From the NCBI GenBank assembly GCA_951406725.2, contig OX597832.1, positions 22,320,001-22,384,000 of the forward strand: 64,000 nt of DNA, written 5' to 3'. Shown here in pieces: positions 13,442 to 27,413 of the stretch. Both the position numbers and the translations under genes were made by a program. Each line of letters opens with the position of its first letter. Position 1 is the first letter of the stretch. This DNA comes from Octopus vulgaris (Eukaryota). The notes under the pieces were generated by a model. That model had not been told where the DNA came from. It saw only the letters and a list, made by a program, of their open reading frames with translations, and searched no databases.

Positions 13442-13600
13442 GGAGAGTTTACGAAAAAAAAAACAAAAGACGAAGACAGGTGGTATAGAAAACAAACAGA
13501 TGTATTAGTATAACGCTCAGGAATAGAAAAAGTCTTTTACGCTTCGAGCCTACGCTCTTCTACAGAAAGGGACACAGAAAAAACAAGGAGAGAAACAATA
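13165..13600 (-). mobile_element. Two copies of ~190-bp (TA)n-flanked family P with HHR-like motifs (13265-13301, 13534-13569)
   Basis: cttt-CTGYNGA-a-gagc(gtag)gctc-GAAA-cg-TA-aaag consensus; other copies at 27588-27780 and 43610-43750. Confidence 0.75.
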
Positions 13601-13641
13601 TATATATATATATATATATGTATATGTATAGATAGATGGAT

Positions 13642-13672
<31 letters not shown>

Positions 13673-14250
13673 AAGAAGAAGAAGGAAAAGAAGGTCCATT
13701 CGTGGTGGCTAGATATTGCTGAGTAGGAGTGAACGTTGACGACGTCAAAGACGGCTTCGCTGCAGTAAGGCGCGGTTTATGAATAAATCAATACCATGGC
13801 ATTAGTTTTTAGGGGTTGAGCGGAATCAGTCATGCGTGGAACTCAATAAATGTTTACAATGTGTTACAGAAATGTACCTGAGAATCACGGATGAACAAAT
13901 ATATATTGTGGAACATAAGCAGTAACCAATGTGTTATATACACCCACTCAAACACACAAAACATACATACATTCATAAACACACGCAAACACACAAATAT
14001 ATATATATATATTTATATGTATATATGTATGTATATAAGTGCGTACGTTTAATTATCCATCTATCTACCTACGTTCTACCTACCTACTTAGCTGCCTACC
14101 TGCCTACCTATCTATCTATCTACCTACCTACCTACCTACCTACCTACCTAGATCCAAGGTTCCTTCATTGGAATTTCAACAATATCAGCAGGGTATATAT
14201 GTATGGATGAATGTATATATGTATGTATGCATGTATGTATGTATGTAAGC

Positions 14251-14332
<82 letters not shown>

Positions 14333-14496
14333 GTAGATTGCTGAGAACAATTCTGAGTGGTTAAGACTCATGCGGATCTCTCCTTAGCATAAGGGCGTCC
14401 ATATAGTGGATTCTCTCTCATATTTATGTGTATATAAATATGTTGGTAGTGGTAGTGGTGGTGACTCTCGTGATTGTTGTTGTATATATATATATA

Positions 14497-14659
14497 TACG
14501 ACGGGCTTCTTTGAGTTTCCGTCTACCAGATCTACTCGCAAGGCTTTGGTTGACCCGGGGCCATAGTAGAAGACACCTGCCCAAAGTGCCACGCAGTAGG
14601 ACTGAACCCGGAACCATGTGGTTGGGAAGCAGGCTTCTTACCACACAGCCACGCCTGCG

Positions 14660-14662
<3 letters not shown>
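14497..14662 (-). mobile_element. SINE A 5' half
   Basis: Minus strand aggcgcaggcgtggctgtgtggtaag...aagcccgtcg. Confidence 0.85.
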
Positions 14663-14755
<93 letters not shown>

Positions 14756-15159
14756 CATATATACATACATGTGTTTACTGTATTTCAAAGTTTGAAAAGC
14801 TTATAAAGGATTAAACGAAAAACAAAAAAAACCACATCACATTGTTTGAAGAATCTATTTGAACCGATATAAATCTAAAATGAGTCCCAAATGAAATACG
14901 TTTTCATCGCATTTAATGTATCAACGTAACCACACAGAACCAATCGATGCCATTTAGAGATTATGGAAGAAGCGAGCACGTTATTAGCGATTTTGTGTTT
15001 TTAAAATATATTTAAATATTTAACAATATCTTTTTGACAAGCTATATACGTGTGGCCTGCTTGTATATTTATGGTGTTCCTACCTTTTATTGAATTTCGA
15101 TCAAAAGAAAGAATAATCTCACACGTTGCTTGAAGGACTTGGAAATAAAATACCATTGC

Positions 15160-15885
15160 CATTACGGCTACAGTCGCCACGGCCGCCACGGCCGCCATCA
15201 CCGCCACCGTGATGTCTGTAAGCACCAGCGACACCATCGCCGCCTTGACGATCGTTATCAGCATCATGGCCGTTATCGCCATCACCACGACCACCTGCCG
15301 TCCTGCAAGCGCCGCCATTATAACCATCGCCGCTGCCATCGGCTACACTGCCGCGAGCACAACGCCACCGCCGCCACTATATGTTTCCGCCTCCACACAT
15401 GACCATCACCACAACAACAAACACGACAGTCACCCCCACCATTACCACCACCACTAGTACCACCACTCCCATTACCACCACCACCACCACAACCACCACC
15501 ACTATCACCACCACTACACCACCACGGCCACCACCACCACGGCCGCCAGCACCACCACCGCCACCACCGCCACCACCACGGCCGCCACCACAACCACCGC
15601 CACCACCGCCACCAACATCACAACCACCACTGCTGTCACCACCCCACCACTATCACCACCGCCGCCACCACCACCACCACCACCACCACCACCACCACCA
15701 CCACCACTACCACAACTACCCCCACTACCACCACGCCCACCACTGCTGTCACCACCCCACCACTATCACCACCGCCTCCACCACCACCACCACCACCACC
15801 AACACTACCCCCACTACCCCCACTACCACCACTACCACGACCACCACTGCTGTCCCCACTCCGCCACTACCACCATCGCCGTCAA

Positions 15886-15918
<33 letters not shown>

Positions 15919-16185
15919 CAGCATCAACAACAACAACGCTACTATCACCTTCGCTGTCACCGCCAAGGCAGCCGACGTCCACCATCATCAATACTAGTTC
16001 CTCCACCACTGACATCACCACCACCACCACCACCACCACTACCAAGACCACCGCCATTTCTTCGACCGTCACCACCGCCACCTCTTCGAACGTCACCACG
16101 ATAAGCACGGCCATTACCTACCACCAAAACCACCACCACCACCACAACCACCACCACCACGACTGCCACTACTTCGATCGTCACT
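15160..16185. repeat. Cryptic (CAC/CAT/CCG) low-complexity region
   Basis: Degenerate trinucleotide periodicity. Confidence 0.8.
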
Positions 16186-16623
16186 AACACTACAGACAAG
16201 CAAAAAACACACACACAGACACACACACACCTCATAAAATCGATCTATTGATTTAATATTATCGATGAAAGCAACGAGAGTGTCTTACTTCCAGTAATCA
16301 CTAGTTTTATCACAATTCTTGGTTGTTAAAAATTGATTCGAGAATTACGTAAAACCTTTCGAATGTTATAGTTTTCTATTGATTTTCTATAAACTCCCAT
16401 TGATTCTAATGAAATCGAAGTTTGGCAAATAGTTTAATTAGTGTTTTTTTCTTTTGTTTTGTATGATTTCTATGTTTTGTTTATGTTTTTCCTTTTAAAA
16501 TTATTTCTTGTGTGTCTTAAATTGTAGATTAGGGTCTCACATTATCTCTTTCGTTTTGATTTTAGAGCTTAAATTTAGAATATAGCTTATTGTTACCTCG
16601 AATTAGAGAAATTCGAACCGTTG

Positions 16624-16677
<54 letters not shown>

Positions 16678-16879
16678 CAACACGCCCCCGTCCAATGGAC
16701 GGTGCTGTGTTGTCAAACATTTAAACCAAATTTTCTCAAAACAACTTGTCCGAACGTCCCGTAGGCCTCTCCGTTGAGAAACACTGATTTAACCTAAATT
16801 TGAGACACCACCAAAAGAAGAAATAAAGATAGACTTTTTTTCTATTCCAAGGAAAACGATTTTGCCAATGCATGTTCCC

Positions 16880-17040
16880 ACGACTTTATCGATCGCATTC
16901 TCACCTGGGATCGATTTTTGTAATATTTTCAAGACTTATACATGCCCTGATACCGTCGGTATCTACATATCAAATTTGAGCGCAATCAGATGGAGGATGC
17001 CCGAGATCCTAGAAGACACACACACAGACAGACAGAACGG

Positions 17041-17045
<5 letters not shown>
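16880..17045 (-). mobile_element. Helitron-like non-autonomous 5' part
   Basis: Minus strand tatatataat...ctgtctgtctgtgtg...gattgcgctcaaatttg, similar in layout to the 5' end at 62065. Confidence 0.45.
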
Positions 17046-17104
<59 letters not shown>

Positions 17105-17265
17105 TTTATATATTCGTTTTACAAGATCCTTGATGTGAATTCGTGTGTTGAAACAGATATTTTTGTATTTGGGGATGGTCGTGTTGCCAGTTTAGCCAAC
17201 AAAACACACGCACTATATATTTGGCGTTCGCTTGCTTCAGCTTTATTTTATATTAATTGTATTTC

Positions 17266-17310
17266 GGCCAGAGTTCTTTCGTCACACTTCTGTGACTTCA
17301 TCAGTGGTCC
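17266..17310 (-). ncRNA. Minimal hammerhead motif
   Basis: ggacca-CTGATGA-a-gtcac(agaagt)gtgac-GAAA-gaac-TC-tggcc. Confidence 0.7.
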
Positions 17311-17404
17311 TTTGCTTTCTTCTTTCTTTCTTGTGTGTCTCTCCTTACTAATAATCAGCCATTTCGTATTCAAATTATATGTGTCTTTATTTGCGCGTGT
17401 GTAT

Positions 17405-17735
17405 ATCCCTGTGTGTGTGTGTCTATGTTTACTTAGTGTGTATGTGTGTGTTTGTGTGAATGTACCTGCGTTAACAGCTTCCCCTGTTTGTACACGTTCG
17501 TTTAATTTACTTTTATTTATTTTATTCATTTGTTTATATCTCATTACTTTTGCTTTTCTTTCTATTTCTTTTCGCTTTAATTTAATTTAATTAAATTAAA
17601 TTATGAGATGAAAACAAATTAATAAAATAAGGTAAATTAAATGAACGTGTATAAACAGGGGATGCTGATAGTGCAGGCACATTCTCCCCCTCCACCCCAC
17701 CCACACACTTACTAAACATAGACACACAAGGGCAC
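17405..17735. repeat. Diverged inverted repeat immediately upstream (minus-strand sense) of the 17266 HHR
   Basis: cttcccctgtttgtacacgttc mirrored by gaacgtgtataaacaggggatg; gtgtctatgtttactta mirrored by ttactaaacatagacac. Confidence 0.7.
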
Positions 17736-18394
17736 ACAAAAGGATTAAGCCGATGACATCGACCCCAGTGCGTAACTGGTACTTATTTCATCGAACCCCG
17801 AAAGGATGAAAGGCCATGCGAGAGTAAAGTCTTTAGTCGAGCAAATCGACCCCAGGACTTATTCTTTGTAAGCCTAGTACTTATTCTATCGAAATCTTTT
17901 ACCGAACCGCTAAGTTACGGAGAACCGCTAAGTTACGGGGAACCGCTAAGTTACGGGGAACCGCTAAGTTACCGTAACTTACGATTTTCAAGTTATAGTG
18001 GAGGGACAAATACCGACACACAAACATGTGTGTGTGTCTGTTGACCTGAGCGGAATTTGAACTCTAAACGTAAAGACAAGATAAATGAAAGTATTATAAA
18101 TAGTGAAATAAGCTTGGAGTCATTTCAGAAAACTATGTCAGTAGAATGAAATTTTGAATCGATCTCTACAGACGGCCAAAAAAAAAAAAAAAAAAAAAAA
18201 AGAGACGAAATTGATAATAATAAAAAAGAAAAAAAAAAGAAATGGAATAATTGAGAACTTTTGTATTATGGTTTCATTTCATTGCTGATGGAGCAAAAGA
18301 TTAAAAATCAGAAGACGGTGCCAAATATTTTTAGAAATATTTTCGAGACGTCGCTTATAGATTTTGTAGTGTTAGCTTAATATTATTGATTTAA

Positions 18395-18900
18395 AATTTT
18401 GGCACAAGGCTAGCTTTTTCGGTGGGAGTAAGTGGATTACATCGACCCCCAGTACTCAATTGGTACTTATTTTATCGACCCCGAAAGGCTGAAAGGCAAA
18501 GTTGAACTTCGGTGGAATTTGAACTCTGAAAGTGAAGACGGAGCCTGGTGGAGCTTTTGGGTGTTTTCGCTCAATAAAACACTCACAACGCCCGGTCTGG
18601 GAATCGAAACCACGATCGTACGACCGAAGGTCCGCTGTCCTAACCACTGGGCCATTGCGCCTCCACACACACACACACACACATGTTTGTGTGTCTGTGT
18701 TTGTCCTTCCACTATCACTTGACAACCGATGTTGGTGTGTTTACGTCCCCGTAATTTAGCGGTTCGGCAACAGAGTTCGATAGAATAAGTACTGGGCTTA
18801 CAAAGAATAAGTCCTGGGATCGATTTGGTCGACTAAAGACGGTGCTCCAGCATGGCCGCAGTAAAATGACTGAAGCAAATAAAAGAATAAAAGAATAAAA
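18395..18900. mobile_element. Cluster of SINE fragments: B(-), OR-like head(-), A 3' half(+)
   Basis: Similarity to family copies elsewhere in the window. Confidence 0.75.
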
Positions 18901-18914
18901 TAATATGCGTGTAC

Positions 18915-18984
<70 letters not shown>

Positions 18985-19190
18985 CATGCACGCTCTCTCT
19001 CTCACACACACACCATTCACACGCACACACACATATATACACACAGATATCAATAATTTTAAAATAAACTCTCTCACAAAGATCAGATACACGTTGCATA
19101 ACAACTCATTAAAATTATTAGTCAAGCTCATGTGTATATACATGCGTGTGTGTGCCTGCGTGTGTATATGTATATACACCTACATACGTA

Positions 19191-19248
<58 letters not shown>

Positions 19249-19255
19249 TACATAC

Positions 19256-19318
<63 letters not shown>

Positions 19319-19712
19319 AGCTATTTTAACACAGTTCCGAGTACAAGAACTCACTGAAACGCCATAATATATATGTCTTCACCTTTGTGCTGTGTACAAG
19401 AATAGAACAGATCGTTCTCTTTCGGTCTGAAACTACTACTTTTTCTTTTTAAAGCCATTGCCTTGTTCTTATCTTGGTTATGCCGGGTTTATTGCTGCTT
19501 TATAGCCGGAAGCTGAGTTCAAAGAGTATTTGAGATGTTCTATTTGGATATGTTATTGGTGCCGAGTTGCATAATGGCAGCTAAACTAAACGCAAACCTA
19601 TTTACCAATCGGTTCTTTATTGCTCCTGTGAAGAACCAATGGCAGAGCTTCCATATCGGCGGTTCTCAAACTTTATTTTTTCCTTTAGATCTTCGCCCGT
19701 CTGTATATCTGT

Positions 19713-19782
<70 letters not shown>

Positions 19783-19809
19783 CTCTTTCTCTCTGTTGTT
19801 CCATGAATA

Positions 19810-20225
19810 GGCGCAGAAGTGGCTGTGTGGTAAGTAGCTTGCTTACCAACCACATGGTTCCGGGTTCAGCCCCACTGCGTGGCACTTTTGGGCAAGTGTC
19901 TTCTACTATAGCCTCGGGCCGACCAAAGCCTTGTGAGTGGATTTGGTAGACGGAAACTGAAAGAAGCCCGTCGTATATATGTATATATATATATATATGT
20001 GTGTGCGTGTATGTTTGTGTGTCTGTGTTTGTCCCCCTAGCATTGCTTGACAACCGATGCTGGTATGTTTATGTCCCCGTCACTTAGCGGTTCGGCAAAA
20101 GAAGACCGATAGAATAAGTACTGGGCTTACAAAGAATAAGTCCCGGAGTCGAGTTGTTCGACTAAAGGTGGTGCTCCAGCATGGCCACAGTCAACTGACT
20201 GAAACAAGTAAAAGAGTAAAGAGAG
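19810..20225 (+). mobile_element. Full-length SINE A
   Basis: Head ggcgcagaagtggctgtgtggtaag, internal microsatellite, tail ...actgaaacaagtaaaagagtaaa. Confidence 0.9.
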
Positions 20226-20239
20226 AGAGAATAAATTAA

Positions 20240-21185
20240 AAAGTGGCTCTCAGTCAGCTTACGACGACAAAGGTTTCCAGATGATCCGATCAACGGAACA
20301 GCTTGCTCTTGAAATTAACGTGCTTGTGGTTGAATACTCCACAGACACGTGTACCTCTAACATAGTTCTTGGGGAGATTCAGCATAACACACCGATTGTG
20401 ACAAAGCTGGTTCTTTTAACTACAGGTACAGCTTGTATTTGCCAGCTGAGTGGACTGGAGCAACGTGAAATGAAATGTCTTGCTCAAGAAAGCACGCGGA
20501 TTTCTGTTCTTGATTCGACGGTCATTCGGAATGCTCACAGCAGCCATATGCCTACCGCTCTATGTCACGCTGGTGAGACCCATATTGGAGTACGGGATTC
20601 AAGCCTCTTCTCCTTATCTCCTCAAAGACATACAGGATCTCGAAAGAGTCCAGAAGCTGGCTACCCGCATGGTTCTTGGTCTCAATAATTTGTCTTATGA
20701 AGAAAGGCTGAAGACGCTCGACCTTTATTCTCTAGAAAAACGACGACGCCATGGTGATCTCATTCTTGCTCACAACATCATAAGCGGAAAGTGTAACCTC
20801 TCGAAAGAGCTGTTCTTCACTCCTGCTCCAGAACGTCGGCTGCGGGGTCATTCCGAAAAGCTCTATCTGCGATGATTTCATCTCAATCGAAGGAGAGGGG
20901 CTTTCTCCGTCCAGGTTGCGGATCCGTGGAATAAGCTGCCGGACGAGATGGTGAAGATGCCGACGACCGCTCGGTTCCAAGTCTCCCTTGACCACAATTG
21001 GCCTGAACTCTTTACTTGAACACGACCCTGTACATAACTCCATGTCCCCCTACATGGCCTTGCTTTTTTGCTTTTTGAACCAAATAATTAACGAACTAAC
21101 TAACTAACACAACGCACCAGGAATATGAACTCACGGCCTTACGATTATGAGCCGAACACCCTAGCCGATAAGTTACATCCCTTCA
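20240..21185 (-). mobile_element. Older tRNA-SINE split by the CR1 insertion (20240-20489 + 21108-21185)
   Basis: tgtcttgctcaaga | cacaacgc contiguous once the insert is removed; B-box-like gagttcatattcc on minus strand. Confidence 0.65.
20490..21107 (+). mobile_element. 5'-truncated CR1-clade LINE (ORF2 C-terminus, one in-frame stop) with (AACT)n tail
   Basis: LYVTLVRPILEYG..SPY..DI..LERVQK.ATR...LSYEERL..L.L.SLEKRR.GDLI...RGH..KL...WNKLP. Confidence 0.92.
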
Positions 21186-21419
21186 CGACAAAATACTTAC
21201 GGAATTAAAGGATAATAACATATAGTTGACGATTCAGTGAAAAACATTTCGTCATAGTAATAAAAATAATCACGTGATTAGTCAGACGTAACCAATAAAT
21301 TATCAAGATAAAGTCTGGAGAATCGATATCGATCATGGTTAAATGAACACTATATATTCGTTAAATAAACACTATATACACGTTGAGAGTGTGTTGCTTA
21401 ATTATTATTATTATTATTA

Positions 21420-21478
<59 letters not shown>

Positions 21479-21540
21479 GTTATTATTGTTGTTGTTGTTG
21501 TTATTATTATTATTATTATTATTGTTATTATTGTTGTTGC

Positions 21541-21649
<109 letters not shown>

Positions 21650-21850
21650 GTTAGCACGCCGGGCAAAATGCTTAGATTCATTTCGTCCGTCCCTGATCTC
21701 AAATTCTGCCGTGGTCGACTTTGCCTTTCATCCTCTCGGGGTGGATAAAATAAGTACCAGTTGAGTACTGGGGTCGATGTTATCGACTATTCCCATCCCT
21801 CCAAATTTCAGGCCTTGTGCCTATAGTACAAAGGATCATCATCATCATCG

Positions 21851-21930
<80 letters not shown>

Positions 21931-21937
21931 TTTATTA

Positions 21938-22350
21938 TTCAGTAGTTTTATTTTTATAGCGTGCTTTCACTTCACTACCGAGCGCAGCTCTGTGTGCCTT
22001 GGGTATGTGCTGTGATTTGTTGTGATGCTCTGATGGTTATTGTATGGAAAGTGTTCTGCGTAGGATGTGTGCAGTGCCTAGTAGTGCAATTTTCTGTATG
22101 TTATATGTGTTTGTAAGTCCTGGTGTTTTTGTTATGTATTTGTTATTATTTTTATCACGTACTTTCACTTCACTACCGAGCGCAGCTCTGTGTGCCTTGG
22201 GTAGGTACTGTGGTTTGTTGTGATGCTCTTATGGTTACTGTATTGAAAGTGTTTTACGGAGGATGTGTGCGGTCTCTAGTAGTGCTATTGTCTGTGTGCT
22301 ATACATACCTGTAGGTCCTAGTGTTTTGGTTATGTATTTGTCTGAATGTT
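21938..22350 (-). mobile_element. Two tandem R4/Dong 3'-end fragments
   Basis: Reverse complement of 2240-2456; second copy more diverged. Confidence 0.85.
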
Positions 22351-22372
22351 TATTATTATTATCATTATTATT

Positions 22373-22927
22373 GAGTGAGAGAGCAGTTCATGCCATCAAA
22401 GTAACACTGGGGTAAAATATACGAAGCCCAATATACCCATCATGACTACCCGTCTGATAAGGGTACACCAGGCACATGCATCACGACCATATGTGCGCGA
22501 CATGGTGATCTCATATCAAGATAAACAGCACATGACCTTGCAGGTAGGGCCCAGTTAGAAATTTCTTCAGGTTGAGTAGCCCATCCCGCTCAAAAGGTCC
22601 CCGAATAAGGGTTGTTTAAGGATGTTGAAAGAACCACCCATGTTTCCAGAGGTGAATTATTCAAACCCCAAAGAATCCCTCTCAGCACGTGGCTATGATG
22701 CTCCCCCACTACTTCTGCTCGTGATCAGAGATGCACATATCGTCAGCCACTAAGGGACATGCTCAACTGGTTAAGGTCAAACAACTGACAAGCAAATCTG
22801 TGGTATTGAGCAGAATATTTGCTGTAGCCCATCTTTTATACCAAGACAAAACAATGTACATGATAACACTTCCAATCAGTTAAGATCAGAAGCCATGAGA
22901 GCCACTGCCTGGTACTGCATCAGGGCA
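22373..22927 (-). mobile_element. Family C element, full length
   Basis: Same ends and length (555 bp) as 1487-2041. Confidence 0.88.
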
Positions 22928-22983
22928 ATTATTATCATTATTATTATCGTTATTATTATTAATATTATTATTATTATTATTAA

Positions 22984-23041
<58 letters not shown>

Positions 23042-23058
23042 GTTGTTGTTGTTGTTGT

Positions 23059-23108
<50 letters not shown>

Positions 23109-23118
23109 TTACTATTAC

Positions 23119-23149
<31 letters not shown>

Positions 23150-23443
23150 TAAAGTGGCGATCTAGGAGAATCGTTAGCATGCAGGATGAAATGCTTAATG
23201 GTATTTCGCCCATCGCTATGTTCTGAGTTCAAATTCCGCCGAGGTCGATTTTACCTTTCATCCTTTCGGGGTCGATAAAATAAGTACCAGTTGATCATTA
23301 GGATCGATTTAATCGACTCATCCCTACATTCTTCAAGCTGCCCATGTGGCAAAAAATTGAAATAATAATAATATCAATAATAATAATAATAATATCAATA
23401 ATAATAATAATAATATCAATAATAATAATAATAATAATAATAA

Positions 23444-23765
23444 GCGGGGGAGCATCATAATCAAGTATTGAGAGGGAGTCTTTGGGGTTTGAATAATTCA
23501 CCTCTGGAAACATGGGTGTTTCATTCAACATCCTTAAACAACTCTCATTCAGGGACCTTTTGAGTAGGATGGGTTACTCGACCTGAAGAAAGTTCTAACT
23601 GGACCCCCACCTGTAAGGTCATGTGCTGTTTATCTTGATATGAAATCATGTCGCGCACATATGGTTGTGATGCATGTGCCTGGTGCACCCTCATCAGATG
23701 GGTATACTGAGCTTCGTATATCTTACCCCAGTCTCACTTTGGTGGCATGCGCTGCTCTTTCACTC
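23444..23765 (+). mobile_element. Family C element, 5'-truncated
   Basis: 3' end ...gctcttt cactc(aat)n retained, 5' part missing. Confidence 0.85.
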
Positions 23766-23771
23766 AATAAC

Positions 23772-23842
<71 letters not shown>

Positions 23843-23883
23843 TGATGATGATGATGCTAATAATAATAATAATAATAATAATG

Positions 23884-23929
<46 letters not shown>

Positions 23930-23941
23930 TGATGATGATGC

Positions 23942-24028
<87 letters not shown>

Positions 24029-24030
24029 TA

Positions 24031-24092
<62 letters not shown>

Positions 24093-24777
24093 CATTATTT
24101 ATTATTATTATTATTATCATCATCGTCATCTTCATCATTATCATCGTTGTTTAGTAATGTAGTTGCTGATTACTGGATCATGAAAATGATTTTTCCTTTT
24201 CCGCATCAGGTCTAACTGAATTCTCCAATACTTCCAGACAGAAAGTCCATTACGCGACATATTAACAACCAGCTTCAAGAAAAGAGACAGACTCTTCTAT
24301 TTATCTAGTGTCGTGGATGACGTTAGCGGTTCTTCTCTAACATTGTGTCTCTTCATGAAGTGATTCATCGTCACCTCTATCACTTTCCTGTTTCTGTTTT
24401 TAACTCGGTTTCATATTTAATGGAATGGAAACATTTCGAGAAAAGACAAAAACAAAAATAACAATAATAAGCGACAAAAATCAAACCCAAAATTAATTCT
24501 TTGGTTTTTACATAGATATTGCATTAATTCGCATTCTGGAGAGCTTTAACACAACTTCTTTCAAATTCCTTATTCGATGTATCACGTTGAAGCGGCAAGT
24601 TGGCAGAGTCGTTAGAGCGCCTGACAGAATAGTTAGCGGTTCTTTGAGTTCGAATTACGCTGAGGACCTCCCTTGATTTTTATCCTTTATCTATTGATGA
24701 CTAGGTAATAGAATAAATGGATAGATTGTTTCACACACACGCACCCTCTCTCTCTCTTCTCCCTGTATTTGTCTTGC

Positions 24778-24808
<31 letters not shown>

Positions 24809-24874
24809 TTCCTCCTTATATTTGTCTTGTCTCTTCTCTCTCTATCCTTCTCTCACTCTCTCTATCTTTGGAAA

Positions 24875-25800
24875 TTGGCTACCTCAAAAATTACTGGCTT
24901 CGTGTCAAAATTTGAAAACTTTGTTTTCAGTCGCGTTTGTCTGCTTGTCTGTTTGTCTGTGGACAAGATATCTCAAGAACCTCTCGATGGATTCGGATGA
25001 AACTTTCCGAGATATTTGGCCTCGTAACTGGCTCAAACTTATTAGATTTTGGGATCGATCCCATACCTGACAAGGATTCTGGATTATTTGTTATATCTAC
25101 TTTACATGATCATGATCTTACGTTGACTTTCAGTCTTTCTCAATTATCTCCCTTTAGGCTGCTTCCAAAGTTTTATTTTCGTTTCTCTATTGTTAATTTT
25201 ACTCGCGTCTCCATCTTATGATGGATAAAGAAATCAAATTACATAAACAAACGGCAGCAAAACCGTTCAGAAATTAAATAACACGACCATATTTTTATAG
25301 TATATATATTTTATATATTATACATACATATTAACAATTTACGGTGTTCTTACATACATACGTACATATACACATCGATCTAAAACAACAGGAATACTAA
25401 AGGAACGCCACAATTTAAGAAAAGAGAAAACCAAAATGTCTCATGCTATTCATTTTAAAATTCCTGAGTAGAACTTATTATCTCCGCCTTTGAAACTATT
25501 TTGAATGGTGAATTTGTTAAGCTTGTATTAGATAAGGATAAACTATTTATAAGTATTATTGAATTTTCTACAGCCACCTTCACATTTTATAAATACCATT
25601 GGGATCGGTCAGGTACCGGACAAGGATTCTGGGTTATTTTTCCGTTTTTTTTTACTTAATTTTTGAGCTCGGTCGGATTAATTTTTAGTATTCTCGTTTG
25701 TGAGAGCAGTCGAGTTTATTTCAGATATTCTCATTTTAAAAATCATCTCCGGCTAATAGTTCAAAGGACGGAGGTTTGTGCTCCCTGAGTGCTCTTGTTA
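24875..25800 (+). mobile_element. Helentron-associated (HINE/DINE-1-like) element fragments
   Basis: ttgtctgtttgtctgt, ggattcggatgaaacttt, subTIR-like ttattatctccgcc (25476) / ggacggaggt, terminal hairpin gtgctc-cct-gagtgc. Confidence 0.55.
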
Positions 25801-26078
25801 TCATCGTCATCATGAAGGTGGAATTTCAGATGTCTCCTCTGTATTTAGCTCCTTGTGGGCAATAAAGAAATAAGAAACGTTAACACGCCGGACGAAATGT
25901 TTAGAGGCATTTCATCAGTTTATACGTTTTGAGCTCAAATGCTGCCGAGGTCGACCTTACCTTTTCTCCTTTCGGGGTCGATGAAATAAGAAGCAGTCGA
26001 GCACTGAGATCGACATAATCGACTAACCCACTCCCCAAAATTTCGGGCCCTGTCCCTGTAGTAAAAAGGGTTATCATA

Positions 26079-26235
26079 GTACTGCAAATCGAGGTCGTGT
26101 ATGTTTTTCGCCCTTTCGCTCAAGGTTGGATTTCCACCCGTCCTGACCTCACCACAGAATCCTTTCAATACTGTTTGACTGACCTATCACTCCAGTCAAA
26201 CTACCACGACCGATAATACTCTTGATTATGGATCG
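26079..26235 (-). pseudogene. Decayed 28S rRNA fragment
   Basis: Minus strand agtttgactggagtg...gtcaaacagta...gagcgaaagggcgaaaa...gatttgcagtac aligns by eye to 28S gagtttgactggggcgg...gtcaaacggta...gagcaaaagggcaaaa...gattttcagtac. Confidence 0.65.
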
Positions 26236-26801
26236 AGTGAATTGGGAGAACCATTATAGAGTGAGACGGAAACATTCGCAGTACTTATTCCGGATCATTG
26301 ACTCATGAGTTCAAATTCTACCAAAACCACATTTGTCTTTTACTACTTTTTTTCGAGATCGTAAAGAAAAAGAAAAAAAATCCTGGTTAATTACTAGGGT
26401 TGATATTTAATTATCTAATCCTCTCCTTCCAAATTTGCGATCATGTGACTGAGTCAGAAATTATTATAATTATCACCATTATCATCATACTGTTAATATC
26501 ATTTATCCGTCAGATAATACCCATCCTCCAACTTCCTTATCTTCCTATATGTCAATTCTCAATAGGATGGGATATGTCTATTTTTAATCAAGCGTATATT
26601 CCTTTCCTGTTTCATTTACACATTATACATACATACATACATTCATTCGTATATATACACATATACAGACATCCACAGATAAGTAACAAATCACAATTAT
26701 TGTTCTCATATCTAGGATAATGTCTCCATAATATACACACATACTTAGATACATGCGCATATATATAGTCGTATATACATACAAATATATATAAATACAC
26801 A

Positions 26802-26882
<81 letters not shown>

Positions 26883-26902
26883 GTATATAATATAATATAT
26901 AT

Positions 26903-27039
26903 AGGCGCAGTAGTGGTAAGTAGCTTGCTTAATTACCACATGGTTCCGGGTTCATTCCCACTGCGTGGCACCTTGGGAAGTGTCTTCTACCAAAGCCTTG
27001 TGAGTGGATTTGGTAGACGGAAACTGAAAGAAACTCGTC

Positions 27040-27131
<92 letters not shown>

Positions 27132-27355
27132 ATGTGTGTGTATGTGTTGGTGTGTATGTGTTTGTCCCCCCAACATCACTTGACAACCGACGCTGATGTG
27201 TTTACGTCCTCGTAACTTAGCGGTTCGGCAAAGAAGACCGATAGAATAAGTACTAAGGCTTACAAAGAATAAGTCCTGGGGTCTATTTGCTCGACTAAAG
27301 GTGGTACTCCAGCATGCCCACAGTCAAATGACTGAAGCAAGTAAAAGAGTAAAGA

Positions 27356-27356
<1 letters not shown>
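26903..27356 (+). mobile_element. SINE A
   Basis: Head, internal (TA)n(TG)n and tail present. Confidence 0.88.

Positions 27357-27413
<57 letters not shown>

Noticed and set aside
15001-16235. His/Thr/Pro-rich ORFs
   Set aside because: Degenerate CAC microsatellite, open in multiple frames, with no splice or domain evidence
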